Shown: positions 51,036 through 64,000 of the stretch, piece after piece
Layout of the letters: each line of letters opens with the position of its first letter
Numbering within the stretch: position 1 is the stretch's first letter
Assembly: GCA_050273025.1 (NCBI GenBank)
Contig: CP158636.1
Coordinates: 4,216,001-4,280,000, forward strand
Direction of reading: 5' to 3'
From: Cenococcum geophilum
Taxonomy: Eukaryota
Length of the DNA: 64,000 bases
Made by a program: the position numbers and the translations under genes
Notes under the pieces: model-generated
What the model was told of the DNA's origin: nothing
What the model saw: only the letters and a program-made list of their open reading frames with translations
Database searches by the model: none

Positions 51036-51523
51036 AGAAGAGAACCATTGCTATATTATATTAAATTATCTAAAATAATATTTATTTTGCTAGCCTTATA
51101 AATAGCCTTAAAGTAGCTTTTATTTATTTAAAATATGCTATTAGTATAAAAGAGGTAAATATAATTATGGTTGCCAAATGCGCAGATTACTGGCAGGTTT
51201 CGCGTAGGTTGCGTATAGGTTGCGCGCAGACTACGCGCAGGCTGCGTGTCAAAAAAACACGACATAGGCTAGTTGGTCGAGTTGCTAAATGCCCTTAACT
51301 GCGCGCCAATTACGTCAACCACCAACCATTGAGGCCATTGGTAGGGTACCATATTTTGCCAATGTCATTAAGTACTTTAATTTAGTAAGAAGCCTAGGCG
51401 GGGGGTAAGGGGTAAAGGGTAATAGATAAGAGCTAGCGGCGAATAGAGGACTGACGTGTACTTAAAAAGACCTATAATTCCCCCCTTAAGGCTTTTAAAA
51501 GCTATAAAGCAACGGCAACTCTA

Positions 51524-53570
51524 ATGGCAATAATGCTAGCACTACCTTAATCTTCATTTCGCATCCCTTCTGAAATTTCGCTTAATAATAACAATTTCTA
51601 CACTAGTCCCTTTAGAAAATCAACAGCTTTGTTTTAGTATTATATAACTACAGCTTCTAAAAAAGGCGTAAGTAGTATACCTCAGATAAAGTATAAAATA
51701 CCACTTTTCCCCCTAAAAAGTTAAGAAGTATTAGAAGCTTAGGCACTTAATAGCATATTATTCCACCTAGGGCCTTAATTTAGAGATTCCGTCTAATAAA
51801 GTGCCTATAGACCGTGTGTATAATTACAAGAAAGCTTATAATAAGTATTATAAGGATAATAAGGACAATAAGGAAGATGGGGATAGAAATAATAGTTAAG
51901 TCTCTAGGGGAAGTAGTTAAGGTAATTATCCCAATAATTACCCTATTACTCTCCCTTTTTCCCTAGCAGTTCTAAATATATAGTTTTAACAACTAGTAGT
52001 AAATCTAATAGTTATTAAAGATAATACAGCTAATCCGGACCCGGAAACCAAGGGCAACAAATTTAGTAACGCTAACGATAAAGCTAATGAAGTTAATAAG
52101 GCTAGTAAAGCCGATAACCAACTAATGCCCTATAAATTTAGTACGTGTATCTCCTTTAATTTACAATGGCCTTGTCTAATAATTAGTAGATAATAAAAAT
52201 AATGGCAGTAATAAGGATAATAAAGAAGATAAAGAGCTGCCTTTGTTAGAAGTGCTATAAGAGGAGGTATGCGTACCTACGCATAATTATACCATACCTT
52301 TAACGCTAGATAGCAGTTAAACAGATAATTTAGCTAAGGGGCATCGTATTAGAACCGCTCTGCGGTTTAGGTAGAAGCTTAGGATATTAGTAAGCGCTAG
52401 TTAAGAGTCTTTAGGAGCTAAGAAGTTAAAGAAGCGGAGGTTTAACTAACTTAAGTAACTAAATAACATTAATTATATCTCTAATACTTCCGTTAGCGAG
52501 GGCGGCAAGAGCCTACGGCCTAAAAAGTAATAAAGATTACTAGCTTCTTAGAGAACCTTGCCTTCTAGCCCTTCTACCCCTAACCTTAGTGGTGGCGATA
52601 ACCGTATTAAGGAGCAAGCGGCCTCTGCTACGCGGCCTACTAGCCCTTTACTTTAGTAATCTTCGTCTTCCCGTAATATTAAACTGCTGTAAGATAATCT
52701 TAACGATCTTGTTAACGGCTTGGCTAAAGAATATAATTATAATAATAATAATAAGGGCGGTAAGAACGTTATAGACGAAGGTAAGGCCGAGAACTACAAT
52801 AATAGAAGCGGCGATAGCGGTGATACGGATAATAATAACGCTAGGGACGGTAATAGTAGTGATAGTAATAGTAATAAGAGTAATAAGGCCTATGGGTATA
52901 TAGGGTAATAAGGATCGCTAGCGCCTATTAGTAGTAGATTAAAACTAAAGCGTGCTATAAAGCATTGTCTTTAGCGGTCTTACCTTTCCCCTTTAATTCT
53001 ATTTATGCACACGTCCGACCGGAGCACTACGCTTAGCAGCGATTATTATAATTAGGCTGGATCCCCTATATATAATCGCCTTCGTGCCTAAAAGCCGCTA
53101 TTAAACTTAGCCTCTAACTCTAACTATAGTAAAGCGATACTTAGAGCCGCCTTAAATGCTAATTTAGAAGAATAGTTAATCTAAGTAGTTTTTAGGCGCT
53201 AGGAAAACGGGTCATATATACTAGATATTATTCCTTAACAATTCCCTAATGGCGTTGCTGATAACTAAAGCAACGTTTTAGACCTAGAGCCTACTATAAA
53301 GCGCTATACCCGGGCTAAAAAAAATAAATTTAATGAAATGAACTTAGATAATAAATGGGAGATTGACGATATTCTAGGGGAAAGAATAACCAAGTTAGGG
53401 CATAAATATAAGGTAGTTTAGAAGCCTACCTAGGTTTATAAGAGCGGGCTTTTAAATTCCAAAGATGCCCTTAAGTCTTACCAAAGACGCGTCCGGTATA
53501 CTAAGGTTAGATCACTATAGGTGCACTCTATAAAAGTAAAGGGCAGAGCTGCCGTACGCAAGGGATAGTA
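51524..53570 (+). pseudogene. RIP-degraded gene: acidic low-complexity protein with a C-terminal chromodomain-like module
   Basis: AAT/AAG-rich runs consistent with RIP-mutated GAT/GAG (D/E) tracts (ORF 52720-52908). Intron GTATGC...AG at ~52267. 53356-53490 reads WEIDDILGERITK.GH.YKVV(W)KPT(W)V..SGL.NSKDALKSY. Confidence 0.6.
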
Positions 53571-53869
53571 GTAATGCTTTAGGATATCCTCATTCTTAAA
53601 TAATAGTGCTCTTTTTAGCTTAGAGGTCTATTTCTAGTTTAGCATTTTTATCCTTAGCGCATTTAGTAGGAATATCTTATAATTGCTAGTCTAATAGATT
53701 TAAATTCTTTATATACTTTACACAATATACAGCTATAAAACTCTAATTACCGCCTTATGTAAGCCATATTCTTGCTTAGCCCAGTTATATTATACTAAGT
53801 CTTAATGCCTCTCTAATTAAGAATACTTCGGCATCCTAGCTTATCTCCTATAGCGGCTTACACGGATAG

Positions 53870-55200
53870 CTTTACATCCTGCCTTTCGCTTATCCTATTC
53901 CAACTTTTAAGTACCTAATTATTAAAGAAAGTCTACTACAGGGAAACGAATATACATTATATAGCTAGATCAGTACGAATATCCTATCTATTAGTATATA
54001 ATTCTCAATAGCTTTAAGGACTCCTTTATACCGCTTATCCTTTATATAACCAATAAACGTAAAACTGCATCTTAATAACTACCTATTTCTTTCGGCCTTA
54101 TCCAACGCATACGTAATAACCGCCCCTAGTAATAGATACTGGACTATCCTCATCTCCTCTTTGCCCTTATTTATTTTAGTCTATACTATACATATAGAAG
54201 AACGCCAGCGCCTTAGAGAATTATTATAAAATCTATCTACTACTCCATTAAGCGTAAATACCGGCATATCTTTATTCTTAGAAATTCCCGTTAGTATCTA
54301 CTCGCTAGTAGGGCTATAGGTTATACGGATTATCTTAATGTACTTTAGGAGTTTAGGATCGTCTAATAACTAGTAGATAATCTTTATACTACGACGTCTA
54401 TATCCTAATACCGCTTTAAGCCCAAACGTTTAACAATTATTAAAATGAAGTTTTGCCGTTCTACGAAACGTAGTAATAAATTTCTTATAGCGGTTAGTTT
54501 TCTTCTACAAGAATATAAACTAGTTACTTATATAAACTTTTAAATACTTAATAATATTATCCCTAGCTGTTACTCCTACGGCCAAACTAAAAACAGTTAG
54601 CTAAAGGGTGTAACCCCTAACTAGTGTTACTGGCGATAATTATATAGGGGTTAAGGATGCGCTTAGTTCCCCCTTAAAGTAGTCTTAAGTAAGTCTATCC
54701 TCTACTCTAGAGTATATAGAGGGGGTATTATTATTATTAGGGTAGGTTAGGTCCTTAGTAGCATTCGCAGAAAAGGGAAAGGGTTAGCTTAGCGCGTTAA
54801 TACTAGAAGAAGTCGCCGTTACTCTAATACCGCTAGGAGAGTTAAGCTTAGGAGGTATTAATTTCTTATTAATATCCACTAGAGGGTAAGAAAGATAGGG
54901 CTAAATGCTTATCGTTATATTGTTAACACTAAAGTTGGTAGTAATTACCGTCTCCCTGACGCTGTTAAGCTTAGTAGGTATTAGTTCCTTATTAATATCC
55001 ACTAAAGGGGGAGAAGAAAGATAGAGCTAGATATCGCTCGTTATATTACTAACGTAAAAGTTAGTAGTACTCTCGCCAGCCTTATCTAATAATAAGTCTC
55101 TAGTGCGTATAATTTACCTTTAGTTACTTATAGAGCTAGTAGCCTAGTAGTTTGGAGTTGCTATAGAAAGTTGTTAATAGATTTTCGTTGCTAGTTATAG
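53870..55200 (-). pseudogene. RIP-degraded gene relic with intron, unknown product
   Basis: Long minus-strand frame (54000-54485) broken only by TAA/TAG, preceded by GTAAC...CTAAC...AG intron signals. Confidence 0.45.
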
Positions 55201-57649
55201 AAGGAAAGTATTTATAGAAAATAGAAATAGAGTGTATTAAGTAAGTATTTATATAAGGGAAGCACGGCGGAGCTGCTAGTACTAAGCGGCTTCCTATATA
55301 TAGGGCTGCCTAAATCCTCTATAAGCTAAAGCGCGTGGCGTACACGCCTATAGTTAAATTAAAACACGGTAATAACTTAGAAATACTGCAGAAGTTCGTA
55401 TATAAGGTTTATTATTAGTTACACTTATACCTAAATACCTCATTATACCCTAATGGAACGGCTTAGCGTTTAAATATAAGAAGTAAATAGTAAGGCCTGC
55501 TCTTATAGTTCTCAGAGCTTAGAGGATTACGCTAAGACGGCCGGCCTATATAGGATATTCTATTCTTAATTTCGTGGTAGAGACTTAGTAACTAAAAGAG
55601 TAAAAGTCCTATATTTTTAGGTACTGCTTATATAGGTAGCAGCATTATATAGTATAAATTTGCATAAGGCATAGCTACGTTAATTAGGGCACGATACGCT
55701 ACTAATTTTATAAGGCGAGATAGGCACTACTTATATTAGGCTTTAATTTAAGCGCCTATCTTTAATAATCTATATAGCTATACGCCTATACACACCACCC
55801 GCTACTTATTTTTATATATTATTTTATATAGGATCCCACGGGAGCTTCTAAATAGGTTTATTAGTTAATTCCCCTTAGGATTCCTTATCCCCTAAAACTA
55901 AAACATAACTTAGTAAAAACGTGCTAGTTATAATGTTTATATTAAAACTAATTAGTAGCACTTCTAATAGCTTTTAGTATACGCTAGCTTATAGCCTTCT
56001 AGTTTACTTTATTTAACCTATTATTTCTTAGCTTTTCATTTACGCGTTCTAGAATTTTTTCCCTTTTAGGTAAATTTATATTATTCCAGCCGCGCTATAA
56101 TATAATAATATTTCTAGCTTCCTTATTTATAAATTTCTGCTAATCCTTATTAAAAAAAGGCGCCTTAGCCTAAGCCTATATACTTGCTAGGAAACGCTAC
56201 TACTACTCTAGGTTATATTAAACTATATCCTATACCTGCTTTGCAGTAGCATTAGCCCTAATGTCTATTATATGTAGTGGCGTTTAGAAATAGGTATTAG
56301 TGAAATTACTAGGTCCTAATATATCGTAGCAAAGCGGGGTTTCGCAAACAGAGAATTTTAAGTTATTTAAGTGTCTTGGCTAACGCCACCAGCATCACCC
56401 CTACTAGTTTAGTTTTATAAAATTAGTCCTCCCGCCTTCCCTAGGGTCGCACTAACTATTTAACTAAACGCCGCTAGTTTTAGTAGCTGCGCTAGACGCA
56501 GCCTACCTAATACTTTTACCACGTTATGGAATATGCAGAAGAACTATATAAGGTTACGATTTAGGCAGCCCCTAGCTAATATATTAGATCTTTCTCACAC
56601 TAATAGTCTTAGGGTTACTGCGAGGAGTTAAAGCGCTAGAAGTTGCTTACTATATTATAGAAGTGAGAGAAGCTGGGGCTCCTAGGTATAATAGCTAAGT
56701 CAATAATAATAGTTACATTTTCCCCGGTTATTGGAGGGGTAATTTATTTTATAGATTGCAAAACCTCCCTAACGCTCCGTATAAGCTAGAAAAATAATTT
56801 TCTTATAAAGTAAAAGATTACCTTTATACTATTTTTCAATGCTAAAAATAGAACTCTTAATATTGTATAATTATAAAAATAGCCAATACGAGGCTTATAT
56901 AACTATATTATATATTAGTAAACTAATAGCTAAAATTAGGGGGGGGGGCTTTATACGTTAAAGTTAACCTTACGGCCTTAATTTCCGTCTTAGTAGTTTG
57001 CGCTACTATCCTAATCATGCCCATATACCAGAAACCTAATAGCTAAACAAAAAATGTATATTTAGGGCAATTCTATTAAAGCTATAATTGTAAATGCTAA
57101 CTAAAAGCGATACTAACGTAATAAAGCTAGACGCGTTAGACCTTAAAATCTTCGGCTAACTTTTTAAAGAGGTATATTACCCAGAAGAAAATAATAAGTA
57201 AGTAGAGAAAGGCACTATATAACGCTATTTTAATAATAGAAGGGTTTAAATGCCGCAAAAACTAAGTAGTTACGACGAGGGTAAGGGTAGGGTCGGTAAA
57301 TCTGCTAAAGGGAGCCATGATCTTAAATATTTAAGAAAATAGAAAAAATAAAGATAAAAGTAGGAGCAGGCTAGCTTATAACGATATTATTCCTAAGAAA
57401 TAAGGCGGGCTATATAAATGCTATATTATTACCGCTAAATAACTTAACCAAGCGGCTTCCTAATAAGTTATTACCTAAACCTTAGGCGATAAATAACTAA
57501 AGAAGGCATTTAGGGCGTGTGGGGGTTAGTTACCTTCTCCATTCTATTACTAAATCGAGTATTTAATACCGTCTATAATTTTAGGTAATGCTAAATAGAA
57601 AAAAAGAAAAGTATAAATCTTTTATTTTAGCTAGTAACTTGCAAGTTTT

Positions 57650-59730
57650 CTATATTATTATACCCCGCATTAATCTTCGTCTCCTAGCTGTACGCTTATA
57701 ATACGGCGCTATAGTTTACGAGCACTAAAACCGTATAGATACTCCACCAGACCTTTTATTAACTTAGTCTTAATATTAAACCCAAAGTGCCTTAGAATAA
57801 GTTAGCTTGCTAGTATAGCTAATACCCATATCTTCTTTCCCTCTTCGTCCTACTTTTTTACTGCCATTTTAATAAGTATTCTACCTAGATTAGACTTTTA
57901 ATAAGACCTATGTATAGTAAGAGTAGAGATTTTTATCTGGCAATCTTAGGAGTACCTAGTATAAAATTAGCTACGCCCCTAAGCCTATAACCTAAGACCT
58001 ATACTAATACCCCTTAGCTTAAGTTTTTTCCTTATAAAACTTAATATTATCTAGGTTTTTATCTTAATGTAGATTTTTAATACCCTCTAGGAGGCTATTA
58101 AGAATACCTTCGTTTTATTAGCTTGTAAACTTATACTAGATAAATAGTAGTACCGTATAAATGCCCTCCTTAGGCGGTAGCTAGGGTTCTAGGCCACTTA
58201 TAATAAGGATGCTAGAAATTACAGTTTTACTAATTAATACTGTCGAATCTTGCCTAGCCTATAGTGACTTAACTACCTTAGCTTTGTTTTTATTGTACAG
58301 GCTTTCTATACTATAAACCCTTAAGGTAAAACTAAGAAGCGTATTAATAAGATTAACTGTGTAAAAGTTATATGTGTCTATTAGGAATTCTTTAAAATAT
58401 AGTCTCTAAATCTTAAAAGATGGGGAGGTTTTAAAAGCTAAAATAATAATATAGGTTGCTCGAAATATATCTATATATATAAGCGGTCAAATTTAACAAG
58501 TAGCTATTATAGGAGAGAGTAAAGGAAAGCAAAATTAGCAGTAGAAGGAGGAGCACCCTTAAAAGATATACGAAGAAGTCACAATATTAATTAAATGAGA
58601 GCTATTAGGACCGTCGCGGATATAATAGCTATAGCCCCTACTCTAACTAACGGAATTAGGTTCTTTAATATTACTATTCCACCCTTCCTTTAAATAGAAT
58701 CTAGTAAAGGATTCCGTACGGCAGGTATAGCTAAGAATTATTACCGTATACATTATGCTAATTCATTATTATATATTTTATGTCTGCTTAGTGTTACCTA
58801 ATACTTAACCTTTAGGAATATATATATATAAGCCTAACGCTACTAAATGCCATTAGATATAAAGATAAGGTGCTAAGGCGAAAGATTTAGTTTCCTAAGC
58901 TAGATACAAATGACTACTATTAAGGGTCTATAATGGATAGACGCGGCCTTTACTTTAAAACATTCTTTACGCCTCTTTCTTTAATATAGTTCTCTAACCC
59001 TTAGAGATTCCCCTAAATTATAGTCTACTATTTAATTAGAATAGATACTATATAAGAGATATTAAACGTACTTAAAACGTATATGCGTTAGAGTAATTAC
59101 ACATTATTTTAAGGAAAGTAGGTAAATAGATAATATCCTATACTTATTACTCTCTAGTTTTTCTATAAAGAGCATTAAGGAACTCCCGTTAAGACTTAGA
59201 GAAGAAATAAATTAAAAAGTAAGAGAGTTTATCTATAATCCTCTTATCTAGGTAGATATAGAGAATTTCACTTAATATTAAATCATTAGGTGTTTAAGCA
59301 ACTTATTAGTATTTTAGGCGGTTAGGATTTCCTAGACCCGTACCTACTATTTATTAGTCTTTTAGGCCTATAGTAATTTAATACCCTATTAGGCTGGTGC
59401 TAAGACACGACTTTAGAGGTTCCGTTTACTAGCCTTATATACCCTTAAGTTAGTAAGTACCGGAACGCGAAGAAGTTTTAAGCTTAATAGTTAATCTAAG
59501 ATAGCTTTCTAATATAATCGAAGACGCCCTCTTTAGATTAATATTGGTATATAATAAGGCACTTGCTTCTAGGCTAAGGTCGGTAGTTAATACACTATAG
59601 CCCGAATCTTAATCCTAGCTACTAGTAATGGTTATAAAAGACTGCCAAATATACTAGTTTAAGACTAGTAGGGTCTAGCGAATTGCGGCTTAAAAGAGCG
59701 AGCTAATTATTAAAGAAGTAGTATCTATAT
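57650..59730 (-). pseudogene. Two or more RIP-degraded gene relics, unknown products
   Basis: Protein-like minus-strand frames at ~57650-58205 and ~58910-59730 with RIP-type stops; no TE motif recognised. Confidence 0.3.
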
Positions 59731-60223
59731 TGAAGAATAAAGTGGCCGTAAATAGCTAGCAGAAATAGGACAGACTAGGGAATAGTTTAAAAGGAGCGGT
59801 AAAAATAGTAAAGTTAAGGAAGTGACGAATAAAAGCTATAGAAGAAGGCGATAAGGCAACTAGTAAAGTAGACGGTAAAGGTAACTATATATCCCCAGTA
59901 ATGGGGCGAAATTAGCTTTATATATCACTTATCTCCATCCTATACCCTTAAGATTTAAAGCATTCTTAGGTTTATTAAGGCGTTTTAGCTTTTAATTCTT
60001 ATGGGATATATTATTATATCGTTAAAAAGAAATTAACGGGAGCTTCTAAACTTTATAGTAGCGGGTAAGCTACATCTAATTAACCAGGGAGACGGCTGCA
60101 AATCCTCACTTTAATTAGCTGTTTAGTTTTCTATTGTAGATCTTTAGAGGAGCACAAGTCGTAGTGGTAGAGTTTGGCAAAGTGTGGCGTCTTAGGAATA
60201 ATAAGGCAAGGGGCTAATATACG

Positions 60224-60391
60224 CTAAGTTAAAATTATAGGGGTATTATTATTGCGATCGCAATAATAATCCCCTATAACGTTTCCTGCTTCCCTTACTC
60301 TTATACACCAAGTTAAAATTATAGGGGTATTATTATTGCGATCGCAATGATAATCCCCTATAACGTTTTCTGCTTCCCTTACTTTTATACC
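60224..60391. repeat. 84-bp tandem duplication, each unit holding a 45-bp near-perfect palindrome centred on GCGATCGC
   Basis: TTATAGGGGTATTATTATTGCGATCGCAATAATAATCCCCTATAA at 60235-60279 and a variant at 60319-60363. Confidence 0.93.
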
Positions 60392-60459
60392 CTATTACCT
60401 TCTTTTCTTAATTTAGCCAGCTTATAGGATTACAAATATCTCTTTACTTTAGAAGTATA

Positions 60460-62330
60460 ATGAAATAGATTTTAGCGCTACGGTAATTTTATTCTATAGC
60501 CTTTCCCTTCCTAAGGCTAATTATTATTTATTATAAAATAAAGAAGCAGTCCTTCCTAGTGCACTATTATAGCTCGCTTACACTATCCGTCCTTATTATA
60601 CTATGGGTTTACCTTCTATTACTCCTCTTATAAGGGGTACTTATAGATAATAGTTATTATTAAATAAGATCGAGCTTTTTACGCAATTCCTACGCTCTAC
60701 TAATAAAGGCGAAGCAGTAAAAGCCTATAAAAGAGTAGTAGACAAAATTTTAAAGGCCTTACCCACTAACTATAGAGAGGCGCTTAGCTTAAATAAAACC
60801 CTAACGGTCTTAGGCCCCTAGAACGCCCTAGTAATCCTAAAAGCTGTAAAAGCCCTAAAAGCCACAAAAGCCCTAAAGGTCTTAACAACCCCTATAGATC
60901 TAAAGACCAGGAAAGCCATAGTTGAATTTATTTTATTATTTTAGATTCTTAAAAAATAAGGAACCCTACCTCCTAATAGAAGCCTAGACCCACTTTATAG
61001 AGAAAGCCCTACCTCTAAGGGAGCAGAAACCGCGCTTATAAAACGCTAGAATTTATCACCAGTAGCTATAGAGCAACTAGTTACAGTTTGTACGAAAATT
61101 CAGTCTCTAGATAATCGCGAATTAGAATAGTTCCTTAAGCTTTATAATCCGGCTAAGGGCGGATTACTTAAAGCCCTTTAGGAACTATATATTAAACTAG
61201 TAAAAGCTAATAACTAGGTAATAATTTATAACCTAGCTAATGTCCTTAACGTAGGCAAAAATATAATTAGTTATAGGTTAATAAAGTCTGTTCTATCTAA
61301 GACGCTAAATAATAAGGTAGAGTAATTAAAGAAAGAAGGTTATAGGCCTAAAAAGGGCTAATAATTTAGAGCTTTGGCATAGGAGATAGCCTATTTATTA
61401 GGAGGAGAGCGCCTTAAACTAAATAATATTGCTAGCTAGAAATGGAGTCGTCTTAAACCTAGAGTACTTATTGGTCTCTATAACCTAGATTCTAGTATAA
61501 TATTAGTTTTTAATTATCTCTATTAAATTAACGACTGACCTATAATAGTATTGAAAGGCATATAGCACCTAAAGAATTTAATATATTAATTGCTTAGATG
61601 GAAATATAACCATAATGCTAGAAATAAACGGAATTATCCCCCTTAGTGAGGAACCTAAAGGATATATATCTCTATTGTGCTAATACTAACTCTATAAGTT
61701 AGCCCGAAGCCAATAGCGCTATCTAAAACCCTAGGGGTATAAAAAGATTAATTATTACTAAGCAGTCTAATACCAAACGTACTAGGCGCGAGTTATTTAA
61801 AATAAGTAGTCCGTAAGCTGTCCCTAATAAGAGTTCCAATTAAATATTTCTAACGTCTTTAAGGGACTAATATAGTATAGTTATACTAGCCAATCTTTAT
61901 TTGGACCCTTTTAAGATACTATTACCTTCTAGATCTACCTTAATCCCTAAGATCTACTTATACCCTTTAGAAATCCCTCTCGACCTAAGCTATTATTTAA
62001 CCCCTAGGATATCCTTCTCTTTTAAACCTATCTTAATTCCTTAAATTTACTTAGATTTACTATTAATTTCTTCTAATGCATACCTAAACTATTACTTAAA
62101 TTTTAAAGTACCTTCCCTTTTTAAACCTCTTAATTCCTAAAATCTATTTAGATCCTCTATTAATTCCTCTTGATTTAAATTCTAATCTCCAGCTAATTAC
62201 TCCGCTAGTTACTACAGTAATAAATAACTAGCTTAATTTGTACCCTATATTTCTATATATAGTAAGCCTTGACCTAAACTAGAATTCGTAATATAGTACT
62301 CCCTATATATTTTAATATTATTCCTACTCT
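60460..62330 (+). pseudogene. RIP-degraded gene relic with helical core and repetitive C-terminus, unknown product
   Basis: Long protein-like frames at 60465-60960 and 61052-61500; short GATCC/AACCC repeats at 61900-62170. Confidence 0.4.
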
Positions 62331-62339
62331 ACTTCTAAG

Positions 62340-63880
62340 GAACCTGCGGCCTTAAACGGCTCCTATAAGGCTGCGGCTGTATAGACCTATATAGATATAT
62401 AAGCATGTCTACCCCCCTTCCCTATAAAGTGTTAAGGCGTATTATTAAGTGCGCCTATTATATTGCCGCTCTAAAGTTTAAGGTATTTATATTTCGTGGA
62501 AATCTTAAACCCTAGTAAACTATTATCCGAACTTAGCTGGCTAAGTACTAATATTACTATAGCCTTTGCCGCGCTATCCCTAGGGTTTACCCAGATTTCC
62601 TTATTTATATTGTTATAATATACTAGATATTAGTTTTTGACGAAGACCGCATCTTTAGTAATGCGGAGGATTTTAGTAGCATGCTGCCTAGCGACTTTCT
62701 AAATATTTTTTATTAGCATACTACTAATCTACCTAGCGTTGGCAATACCTTAATATATAGTAAAATATAAGGTGACATTGCTTCACTATTAGGTATTTTA
62801 TAGAAGGGGATATCCTCCTTTTAGGAGGATAAGGATTGGCTCCATGCTAATAAAAAGGCGCGTAAGTAATTTAAATATCTGCTATCTATGCTAGAAGCTA
62901 TCTATAGTGCGGATATAATAAGTCTAAGAAAGATGCAAGTAATGGATACATTAGTAAATAGATATTAAGACCCTTTAAAGGGGCTAATTTTTCTTTAGCG
63001 GGGCTGATTTTTAATAGGGTAGGGCCTATGTAATACCGCCCGTTCCTAAAAACCGTTATTATACTAATATACCTTACGGAAGAGGTACGGGCGACTTATA
63101 AAAATTGTCTTAATATTTATAGGTGAAGAGAATATGCCTTAGAGCGCATATAAATATATATCCTTTAGTCCTGTATAAAGAGGCCACTAAACCTCTACTC
63201 CCGTTATTATCCTTACCTAGCACTTTTACCTTAAAAATAATATTATAATAAAGCTGCCGGAAATTATAAAGGACAATTTAATTATTAGACCAGATTGTCT
63301 TTTAGTTTCTCCTTAGGATTTCCTATAGGGCTTTAATAAACCTAGTACAGATTATAATGGTGTTAAGGTAAAAGATACTATATACCCTTTAGTTATATTA
63401 GTCTAATAGTTTTATAGGTTATAGATATTTTTGCCCTCTACTATATACGGCAGTGCTAGCAATAAGGCCCGCACCTATATTACGGCAAACGTATTCCTTT
63501 AGGGATATTTAATTCTAATGGTTTAGTAGTTAAACGTATAGTATTCTTAGGTAATCTCGTACCTATAAAAGGCGGGCTAGAAATAATTAAATAGGTAGAA
63601 TGTAAGGTAGAGGATAGGAATAATTGGCTTTAGATAAAAAATGCTTTATCTTCTTAAAAATTCTTTAAATAGATCTCCTTTAATGACCAACTTAAGCAGG
63701 TTAAGGTAAATATTATAAATAATATAGCTTTTTATATGTTAACAGTTTTATAGGTCTTAGATATATTTAGTTTCCGCCCTACTTTAAGCGCTTCCCTCCT
63801 ATATAGGAGACGGTTTACCCTACTTGGGATTTTTCTTTTAAATAGGTTGTAGAAGCTAGGTAAAGTGCTATTAGATATAG
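62340..63880 (-). pseudogene. One or two RIP-degraded gene relics, unknown products
   Basis: Minus-strand frame 62340-62712 reads KVARQHATKILRITKDAVFVKN...EIWVNPRDSAAKAIVILVLSQLSSDN.L.GF...YL.L.SG.I.GAL..TP.HF.GKGG.HA; a second frame lies at ~63070-63880. Confidence 0.35.
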
Positions 63881-64000
63881 TTAAAAAGATAGAAAACGGA
63901 GAGGAAGCTATAGAATAGGTAAAGCGTAAGCTGTAGTGTTGTAAGGACGAAGACTTAGCCGGGCAGATGTTGTCTTTAAGTTTTACTTAGCTAGAAATAG

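Noticed and set aside
50725..51048. Minus-strand ORFs of 107 aa and 87 aa
   Set aside because: Translations of the 18-bp minisatellite.
1..64000. Alternative genetic code (TAA/TAG read as Gln or Trp), since stops fall at conserved Q/W positions
   Set aside because: The same C>T and G>A changes hit all codons (D>N, C>Y, H>Y, E>K) and differ between copies, which is RIP. The intact gene uses the standard code.
47494..64000. Starship captain (DUF3435 tyrosine recombinase)
   Set aside because: No recognisable recombinase motifs by eye; the Starship idea remains inference only.

Overview
Fungal (Pezizomycotina-type) heterochromatic DNA. It is very AT-rich, with TpA excess and CpA/TpG depletion, the signature of Repeat-Induced Point mutation (RIP). 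Bases 1-47.5 kb are two deep nests of dead transposons: four copies plus a solo LTR of a chromodomain Ty3/Gypsy family ('A'), one complete non-chromoviral Ty3/Gypsy element ('B', 1932-12576), two Ty1/Copia relics, a hAT end, pogo/Fot1-type relics, three hairpin MITEs and a LINE-like insert. Many junctions show clean TSDs. The only intact gene is an intronless APH/choline-kinase-like phosphotransferase (27850-28746) in a ~1.45 kb island with little RIP damage. Bases 47.5-64 kb hold a composite minisatellite block and a run of RIP-destroyed, non-TE gene relics (one with a chromodomain), possibly cargo of a giant mobile element. Most notable: element B carries a ~3 kb extra ORF with a PhyH-like 2OG-Fe(II) dioxygenase between two polypurine tracts; every family-A copy carries an antisense, spliced Zn2Cys6-like/coiled-coil gene; and three MITEs share one foldback core but have three different TIRs. 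Protein readings of relics were made by eye by reverting RIP transitions and were not database-checked.
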